Below, piece by piece: positions 55,737 to 64,000 of a DNA stretch of 64,000 nucleotides. The notes below the pieces were generated by a model. That model saw only the letters and a program-made list of their open reading frames with translations. It did no database searches and was not told where the DNA came from. Every line of letters begins with the position of its first letter. Position 1 is the stretch's first letter. This DNA is from Emiliania huxleyi CCMP1516 (Eukaryota). The DNA is taken from positions 661,660 through 725,659 of the forward strand of contig NW_005201392.1 of assembly GCF_000372725.1 (NCBI RefSeq), read 5' to 3'. Position numbers and translations under genes: made by a program.

Positions 55737-58330
55737 TCATTTGGGCGTCCACTTTAGCCCCCCCGTGAGCGGCGTCCACCCCGGCGCCGAGACAATGCGT
55801 GGGTTGCTGTTGCCGAGGGCGCACTCTGCGCCGGTCAGCGGTCCGAGCGCGGTCGTTCCCACCGAAAAGGAGAGCGGCCCCTTCTCCGCCTCGCGCAGCA
55901 GTGCGACGTCCTCGTCGCAGAAGCGCACCTCGTTGCCACCATCTCGCGCGAAGTCGAACGGCTCGGCGAACTGCGCCGGCCCCATCGCAATCGGCGCGTC
56001 GAGGTGGGCCGGCACCACCCTCTCAAAGTCCCAGCGCTGGACGGTGCTCACCCACCGCCGGAGCGAGCCGTCCGCCACGCCCCTGCGGACGTGTCGTGGA
56101 CGCGTCGCGGACGTGTCGTGGACGTGTCGTGGACGTGTCGTGGACGTGTCGTGGACGTGTCGTGGGTATGCGCGGAGCGGGAGGTGCGGTGGCGCGGTGG
56201 AACGAATGCGCTGGCGCATCCGCGGCTGCGGCCACAAGCACCGATTGAGGATGATCTGGATGATGGGCAGCAGCGTGGGCCTCCCGTTGGCGCTGTACCG
56301 CGCAAAGGACGCCTAAGGCCAGGTGAGAGTGAGAGAGAGGGAGAGAGCGAGAGGGAGAGGGAGAGAGGGAGAGGGAGAGGGAGAGAGCGAGAGCGAGAAG
56401 GAGAGAGCGAGAGGGAGAAGGAGAGAGAGGGAGAGAGAGAGGAGAGAGGGAGAGAGAGAGGAGAGAGGGAGAAAGAGAGAGGGAGAGAGAGAGGAGAGAG
56501 GGAGAGAGAGAGAGGGAGAGAGGATCTCATAAGCGTCTATTTGTGGGTGAGAACGCCTCCTCCGACGCGGCGCGCCATGTGAACGGCTGCCAGCCTCCCC
56601 ACCCGAGCTCAAACGTCGGGTCGAGCGCAAGCAGCGGCTTGAGTCCGATGTCCGCCTGCGAACGGGAGGTCCGCCTCGCACATCTGAGCATGGCCACGGG
56701 CACGCACGCACACACACACGCGAGCCGCTGAACGTACGCGGCGGTGGCGGAGGCGGCAGTGCGCGGCGGGCTGGCTGGCTTCAAGCCTCGGAACCTGGCC
56801 AACACGGTGTGGGCGCATGCGACAGCAGGCCAACACAGCCCGCTGCTCTTCGCTGAGTGCTCGCGTACGGTCGGCGACTGCGTTGGCTCCGGAGCCGAGG
56901 CACACTGTCAGGGCTGGGGAGCCAAGGGAGGACACACCTGGGTTGCCCCGGGGATGAAGAAGTTGAACAGCAGCACGATCCGCCTCCACCCTTTGCGCCG
57001 GTTGGCGGCGGTGTCGGCGACGAGCTCGAGCGGGTCGTCGCGCGCCTGGTGCGTGGGCACCGGCGCGTGGGACCAGGCAGAGTGTAGATGCTGTCTCGTG
57101 CTGTCTCGTCTCTCCCGGGAGTGCGACAAGCGACATGTACATGTACATGTTGGAGTGCAGACTCGGGCTTGCAGGTCGTGTTTGGCATCTGGCGTCGCGC
57201 GCGTGGAAGAGCAGCGCACGCACGTACTCGGGGTCGCTCGTCAGGATGGGAGGCGGCTCCTCCGTCACCGAGAGCACCGCATCGCAGAGCAGGAGCGTCT
57301 TGGACGGCCTGTGGTAGAGCGCGACGTCCTAGGGAAGACACGTCGCGGAAGGTTCGTTGTTGAGAAGCCAGGCTCGGAGGCGGGGTGGGCGGCGCGGCGT
57401 CCTGGAAGTACGAGCCGGGCCCCGGCTTGACGGTGAGCACCGCGTGCTCAAACTCTCCGCCCAGCCACGTCGCGTCGAGGCCCTCGCTGCTGCGTGGCAG
57501 CGGCTTGGTCCATGACGGCAACCCCAGGAACACGGCCGGCAGCGGCAGCGGGAAGGAGTATTGCTGGTCGACGGCGTAAAAGTCTGCGGCGGGGAAGGCG
57601 CGCGCAAACGGGCCGGCGTTCACCTGCGGCGAGGCAAGGTTCGCCACCTCGCGTCTCCACATCCCAAGACGGGCGCCCCACGGCTTTGAGAGTGGCGCAC
57701 GGCCAAACCTTGTGCTCGACGGCGACCGAAGGCAGAATGATCGTCTTGACCGGACCGTGCGCGTCGATCAGAGGCTGGAGCAGCGAGAGGCACTCCTTTG
57801 TCGGCGCGACGGGCGCATAGACCAGCAAACCTGCGAGGAGGAGGTGCGCGCGAAGTGAAGGTGGAGGCAACGGCAGCGGCGGCGAGAGCGGGGCGAGTGG
57901 ACGTGCCGCCAGACTCCATCTTCACCACCGTCATGCGAATCGGGACGTGCACGTAATAGATGCCTATCAGCTGGTCGAAGGCCCACACGCCTGGCACGAC
58001 CTCTCTCCGGATGGTCTTGCGCCGCGAGTACGGCGCCACGGGCAGCGCAAGCCACAGAGGCCATTCCGACTCTTTTGTGAGCGCCGCCGACGCCGGAGGC
58101 GCAGAGGCCGCAATCCCGAGGGTGGCGCCCGCGGCCTGCGAAAGGACCGCGCGGCGACGATCGTGCCGTCCGAGGAGGCCTCCACGTGTGCTGGCGGTGA
58201 TCGCTGTCGGGCGTGTCACGCCAGCTGTCGACGCCAGCTGTGAAGTCGAAGACGCTTGCACTCTAGAGGCGGCCGTGCTCAAAGGTAGGGTGGCTAGCAG
58301 CAGCCGCAGAGGCGGCGGCGAGCTTCGCAT
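55737..58330 (-). CDS. DUF4336-like protein, probably plastid-targeted, multi-exon
   Basis: WPLWLALPVAPYSRRKTIRREVVPGVWAFDQLIG..VPIRMTVVK, LVYAPVAPTKEC, VEHK, YSFPLPLP and WDFERVVPAH. The N-terminus is signal/transit-like with RRAVL. Confidence 0.8.
56325..56523. repeat. Intronic (GA)-rich microsatellite
   Basis: About 200 bp of near-pure purines inside an intron of the DUF4336-like gene. Confidence 0.9.
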
Positions 58331-59899
58331 GGCGTCGGTGTCGCTACCCGCCTAACCCTGCGAACGCACGGGCGCTCAGCGGAGCTGGGAAGAGGACCGC
58401 CGCAAGCGGCGTGGCGTGGAGCGGTTGTGCATCCCTCCGGGGGCCCCTCTGCGCCGGGGAGGCGTTGTTGGAGGCTAGGACGCAAGCGTCCGTCGCCCTT
58501 TTCAAACTCGGGGCCCACTCCGCTACGCTCCGACCCGAATTTGGAGGGCCTAAAAGTTTAAGGTGTTGCTGCGCAAAAGGGGTCGGACACCGGGCGCAGC
58601 TCATGCTAAGAGCTAGAAGAGGAGATAGAGAGAACAACCACCCTGTCCCGTTATTGACGTTATTGCGTACACCAACAAACACCACAAAACGCTCTCTCTC
58701 TCCTGTCCTCACTCAGGGGGGTCACAACTACCAAGTCCCTCGACTAGCTGCCACAGGGCGCAGCTGCCACAGGGCGCAGCTGGAGACGCTCCCCCTCAAT
58801 CGGCATCCACCCCCACCCGCTCCAGCCCCACTTCTGCTGCCGAGAGAGCTGAATCGAAGCAAGCGAGCCATTGCATCTTGGCGTGCTCCTGGAGCGCGGC
58901 TTTCTGCGGCTACGAGCACGGCGGAGTCGGCGCCGTAGCGCGCATCGTTCCCGCTCATCGCCCATTCCTCCCACGTGACGTGTGTCGGCCGCGATTCGAT
59001 GTCGCCACCTTCATCGCCAACGAGGACTCCCTCGACTGCAGGGGGGCTCCGGCGCGGGGAGGGACTCCGCCTGCTGCGCTGGCCGACTGCGCCCTCCTCC
59101 TCCATGGGATCGATCCGATTCCGCAGCGGCGGTGCTGCGGCCGCTGGCACGCTGGGCTCCATCAGCGGCTTTACCCTCAGGTAGCGCGAAAGCACGATTT
59201 GGCGGATCTTGGCTTCAATTTTACGAATGTCTTGGCATCAGCTGAAGGCTTGCGTCCGACATCGCCCAGTTCGTGCACGGTATTCGGATTTTGCTATTTG
59301 CTCGTGTGGGGGTATATTGCAGATTTGTCAATGGTACCGCGTCTGCGACGCGGGCGCCTTGCGAGCAGAGCCCTTAGGACACCCTTTTATCTTGCGCGGT
59401 CAAAAAGAACGATTGTCGTCTGCTCCCCGGAACCGAAAAGACCAAGGAAAACAAATCGAAAGAATTAGTGCCGCTGAAAGAATTTTCCGCCCACCTACCT
59501 ATCTGGGAGACCGCATGGCGTCGGTTTGCTTCGCCCTCCAGGTAGGGGGTCTGCTCGCGCCAAAACCCCATCCCTTTCCGAACGAATCCCCACCCCACCC
59601 CGCCCCACCCCACAAGCCCAACCCGCGAGCAACCCCCGCCCCGCCCCGCCCCGCCCCCTCCACCGGACCGCCAAAAAGAAGAATTTAGCACCAAACTATC
59701 TCTCACAACACGAGGCACAGGAATCATGACAGGACCGGCGCGGACACTTTCCATAGAGGCGCAAGAAACATCGTCGCCGTCGCTTCGGGGGCCTGGTTTA
59801 TTATCTACGTACTCCAAACCACCCCGCCCGCCCTGCCGCCAGGCTCCGCTTGCTCCTGGCTCCCACCACGGTCGCTCCGTGCCGGTCCGTGACGCAGTA

Positions 59900-61366
59900 A
59901 CGCTCGGTGAAGGTGCGCCCGAGGCGGGCGTGGAGAAAGGCCCTGAAGCTCGAGTAGTTGTAGATCCTGCTCGAGGCGCGGCTGGGGTAGCGCGTGCGGG
60001 GATCGCCGCACAGAACGCACTCGTGCCTAAATCATTTTCCCGTGGCAGGCGTGAGCGTGCCCGACGACGGCTAGAGGAGTCCGCTAGCCCTCGCCTTCCC
60101 GGCTGCGTGCAGTTTGCCGCCCGGAAGAGCGCTTCGTCGCGGTCGATCATCGACAAGAGGCGCTCCACGTCGTCAATTGAGGCATTCACGCCCCAGTGGG
60201 CCAGCAGCTTCGACCACGCCCTATTGAGCCAAGCTCCCACCCTGCCCGCTGTGTAGCTAATTACCCTTTCGCCGGCGCGCCCCTTGCGCGCCTGGCGGAC
60301 AGGCGACGCGCTCCCCACTGGAAGGCCTCAAGCTCCTCGTACCGGAAGGAGGCGCTGGCGGCGAAGCCCGCGCTGACGAGCGCCGACTGCGACGTCTGCT
60401 GCAAATCGACGCGACGAAGGAAGGATGCCACCTCGTCGGGCGCGTCGGCAGCTTTGAAGAGCACACGCGGCTGCGCCTCGGGCGCTACAGAGCGCCGCTG
60501 TGGCTGCGCCGGCGCCGCTGTCCGTGTCGGGGAGCGCCGAGCCCTCGAGCTACATGGTAGAGGGGCCCCATCCGTGTCGAGGCGTTGGCCGATGCGCTCT
60601 GTTCCCCAGAAACAGTCTCGCACCATGCACACGGCCGCATCGATCGTGTTGCGGCGGACGTGGGCGATGCGCGTGCCCGCATCGCGCAGCACGCGGGCCA
60701 GAGCGGGATTGAAGCTGGCGATGCACCTGTTCAGGCGTGCTCGATTGGGGCAAGAGCCTCGGATCACACGCCCGGGGATACAGAGGGGGATTGAGCGGCT
60801 AGAGAGGCCCACCCTTTGAAGAGGATCGTCCGATGCGACTGCACCGCCGCCTGATGCAGCTCCACAAAGCTTTGCGCCAGCGCGGAGAAACCCTCGTGCG
60901 CTGGAGATGGCTGTGTGTGGCCCTCGCCGGCGTGGGCCTCCTCGGAATCCTGCATAGTCGAGCAGAGGGGAGTGGTGACATCAGATGCTACAGGTGCAAG
61001 CTCTAGATGCTGTGTATGGAGGTGAGGCTGACACACGTAGAAGCATGGGTTTCTCTGTTGGCGGAAGAGCTCGCTAGCGGTGAAGCCGTCGTGGTCGATG
61101 ATACGCAGCGTCGGCAGCCCGAGCCGCGCCAGCAGGTCCCTTGCCACACGGTACACAAAACTCGAGCCGCTGCAGCCGCATGCCCAGAGAAGCAAGATCG
61201 TCGGCGGCGGGTGCCCCACTCCCGTGGCTCGTGCGGGTATGCCGGCACTGGCGGGAGTGGGGCACCCCGCACCACGGTCAGACCGCCGCGGAGCGACGAA
61301 GCGCGAATCGTTGATGCATGGGTGTCGAAGTAGCGCCACGGGCGCGTCGTTCGGCGCCAGGTGCAT
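59900..61366 (-). CDS. Putative P-loop sulfotransferase-like protein, multi-exon, boundaries uncertain
   Basis: LLLWACGCSGSSFV (5'-PSB-like), TILFKG, IAHVRRNTIDAAVCMVRDCF (3'-PB-like), FRYEEL and AWSKLL. Confidence 0.5.
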
Positions 61367-61584
61367 CTATGTGTGTGTCTGAGTCCGGATGCGTGCGTCC
61401 CGCTCAAGTCTTTGCTTGGAGAATTTCACGGCGCCACAGACGAGGCGCGGACGACGGCTTCCTTCGAAGCCACACAGAAGCCGTCGTCGGATTCGCAAAA
61501 AAGAAAAAAGAAAAGGCGCGTCGGGTAAATTCTCTTGTTTCGCGTCGGACAGGCTTCCAGTCTCCAGTCACTGCTCTACCTACC

Positions 61585-63180
61585 TTACAGTTTGCACTGC
61601 TGCGTGAAAACGTTGCGTCCTTCAAACACGACCGCGTAGTCCTCGGAATTGCGCACGTCCGACTTGCCTGCAAATTCAGAGCCAGATGGATCAAGAGATT
61701 CCTTTGCGCGAGATGGTGCGCGTCGTCCCACGGCGCGCCGTACTGCAGCATCGGCAGAGTCCCCCTGCTGCCTACACGGAGAAGGGGGTTGGACGATGCG
61801 CATCTGCAGGTGACGGCAATCAAATTTAAGGGGACAAAGGGGCGATCTGTTCAAATGTCTCCCACGGTATCGCATCTATGCCTCCGTTACCCCAATGTTG
61901 CAACTCCTTCATGTGTCGCGTCGGACTGCCCTGCTCACTCAAAAGGCAGCGTGAAGAGACGGCCGCCGCGACCCCGCCCTCTCCGCCAACAATCGCGCCA
62001 TCTCATATGCAAGCACAGAGTCTCCGCGGCGCAGCCTATGGTCGAGAGATCGCCGAGGTTCCACCACGACACGGGCGAAGTTTGGGGTCCAGCCAGCTGC
62101 CCGCTGAACGGCCACATCGCGTTTCGGGTGTCAATGTACGAGATGGCCACGCCGTCCTGGTGCGCCTGGGGACGAGCGGAGCGAGGGGAGTCGGAGCGTG
62201 AGCTCACGCTAGGCTTTTACTCTCCTGCTCAGCTTGCGCTTGGGTCGATGGGACTGACAGAAGGCCTAGCGCCGGACCTCGAAGCAGCGGTGGAGAAGGC
62301 CCGGCCCGGACAGCTGCAGCGCGCCGCCTTCGCCGCCGGCGACGTTTGCCGCCCGCTCGCGCACATTCACAACGATGTGGTCGATCATACACTTTGCGAG
62401 CGGTGAGTGCGGCGCGGCGGCAAGCACCTTCAGCCGCATGACTGACCTCAATGCCATCGCCAAGCTGAGCCGAGACGGCCCGAGACGGGCCGCGAGAGAG
62501 GCTTTGCTTGCTTAGCGCGAGAGAGAGAGATCTAATGTCCGAATATCTCGAACGGACCTTCATCTGCTTGCCAGGGAAGGGGTCCCTCTGGTCGAGGTCG
62601 CCACCGCTTCCGATTTGCGGCTGGTCGTGGCCGAGCGTAAAGCCGCTGCACGGCGAGTACAGTTCGGTCAACGGCAGGAGTGGGACCTAGGAACAAGAGC
62701 ATAAAATGAGCCAGTGCTGCGCACAGCAGAGTTGGGTCAGTGCAATAGCACGATGTCAGCGTCGAGGTAGACGCCACCGTCGGCGTAGAGCGCGGCGAAG
62801 CGAAAGAGGTCAGCGCGCCTGCTCAGGCAGAGCGACCGTGAAAGCTCATCCGCCGACACCAGGCCGCTCGAGAAGCCGCACCACGCTGGAGCGTTGAGGC
62901 AGCGGTACGCCTTTGCTGCGGCGATGCCCACGTTCCTCCGGACGTACTCGTGCGCCTCCGAGTCGTTGAGGTGGTGGAAGCGGAAGGAAGGGTTGGTGAG
63001 GGCGACGCTCTGCTGCACATAGCCGGACGCGCCGGCGGAGACCGAGTGCACTATCCGCGGCACCACCTGGCCGGGTGGGGCTTCGATCCGTTTGTTACCG
63101 TGCGTTGTCACACCACCGGGCATCGTGGGGCTCCCGGGTGTGCGCGGCGGAGGTGGGGGTGTGGTCTCTACTCGCACGGC
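61585..63180 (-). CDS. Glycosyltransferase family 32-like (DXD) protein, multi-exon; 5' exons probably extend toward or beyond 64000
   Basis: VPRIVH, NPSFRFHHLNDSEA, RADLFRFAALYADGGVYLDADI, LAAAPHSPL and LSGPGLL are OCH1/SUR1-type GT32 motifs. Confidence 0.78.
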
Positions 63181-64000
63181 GGCCCACCTCGCTCAGCCCC
63201 GCGCAGTCGGGCATCACAATCGGGGAGGTGATGTACTTGCGGCAAAACGCGCGGAGCTTCTCGCGCCGCTCCTACAGGACATCGAGATACCCAGTAGCTC
63301 CACACTCGACTATGCGCGCGTGCTCGCGCGGCTCCGCGCTCCTTGCTCAGCGCATACGGTAGCAGGTCGGAGCTCATCTGTTGTCTGCAGAACCACTCAG
63401 TCGCAATCAGCTTCTGCGCCTCGCCCTCCTTCTGCCGCACCACGCAGCACGGGTACTCTGCGCCCTCGCCGCACGGCGCCGGCAGCCGGCACCGCCGGCA
63501 TTTCGAGTACCGCGACTTTGTGTCGTTCCAGACCTTTGATGGGGAGCGAAAACGAGTGGGCGCCGCCGGGTGATGGACACAATCGAATGCGAAACGTGTC
63601 GTGAAGGTGCCATACCGAGACTACTCAGTCACCTGCATGCGGATGTCCTTCTCGACGGCGAGGACCTCGGCGAGCGCAGGGCAGCGGTTGGAGGCGACTC
63701 TGGCGAGGCTCGCAATCAGGGCAGAGCGCAGGAGGAGAGATGGCATCGATAGATCTAGTGGAAGGCTCGGCTTGAGAGTGAGTCGCTCCGAGCGCCGCGC
63801 ACAGCGTGCGTCCCGCGAACGATCGAATGGATTAAGCTTGAAAAAGGAGGTGAAGGGAGGCTTAGCCATGCAGCTGCTGTCGAGCCGAGGCGGCGGCAGC
63901 CGCCGCAGCTGCACCGCCTCCCGTCGCGCCGCGGTCGCCGCTCCCTCAGCGCCGTCTCCGCGTCGTCACCCGCCGTAGCTTCTCCTCCGCCGCCGCTGCC

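Noticed and set aside
58728..59195. Separate gene
   Set aside because: Low-complexity ORF with no motif; it may be a terminal exon or noise.

Overview
GC-rich eukaryotic nuclear DNA, not prokaryotic. Short GT-AG and GC-AG introns filled with 10-11 bp minisatellites, plus the gene families present, point to a haptophyte alga such as Emiliania/Gephyrocapsa huxleyi (inference). I can reconstruct about 14 spliced or single-exon genes: an NBD-only Hsp70-like protein, a U-box/Sel1 protein, an RRM + RNase III protein, a P4H-like/GDPH fusion, a PH-domain protein, an alpha/beta hydrolase, a Myb factor, a DUF4336-like protein, sulfotransferase-like and GT32-like genes, and several unknowns. They are interleaved with decayed transposons: LINE and CRE-like non-LTR fragments, a DIRS-like remnant, and hAT-like and MITE-like elements. 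There is a 100-N gap flanked by a 1.43 kb inverted duplicate. The standout is a ~2,240 aa gene at 31467-38589. It joins an extracellular Venus-flytrap domain and hevein-like Cys modules, through a single transmembrane helix, to a PI-phospholipase C (X, Y, C2) with its catalytic residues present and an FHA domain, i.e. a candidate 'receptor phospholipase C'. Also notable are several introns that begin with a copy of the next exon, and two introns of one gene that share a 53 bp 3' sequence. I saw no rRNA, tRNA or CRISPR array. All domain calls are by-eye motif recognition, not database results.
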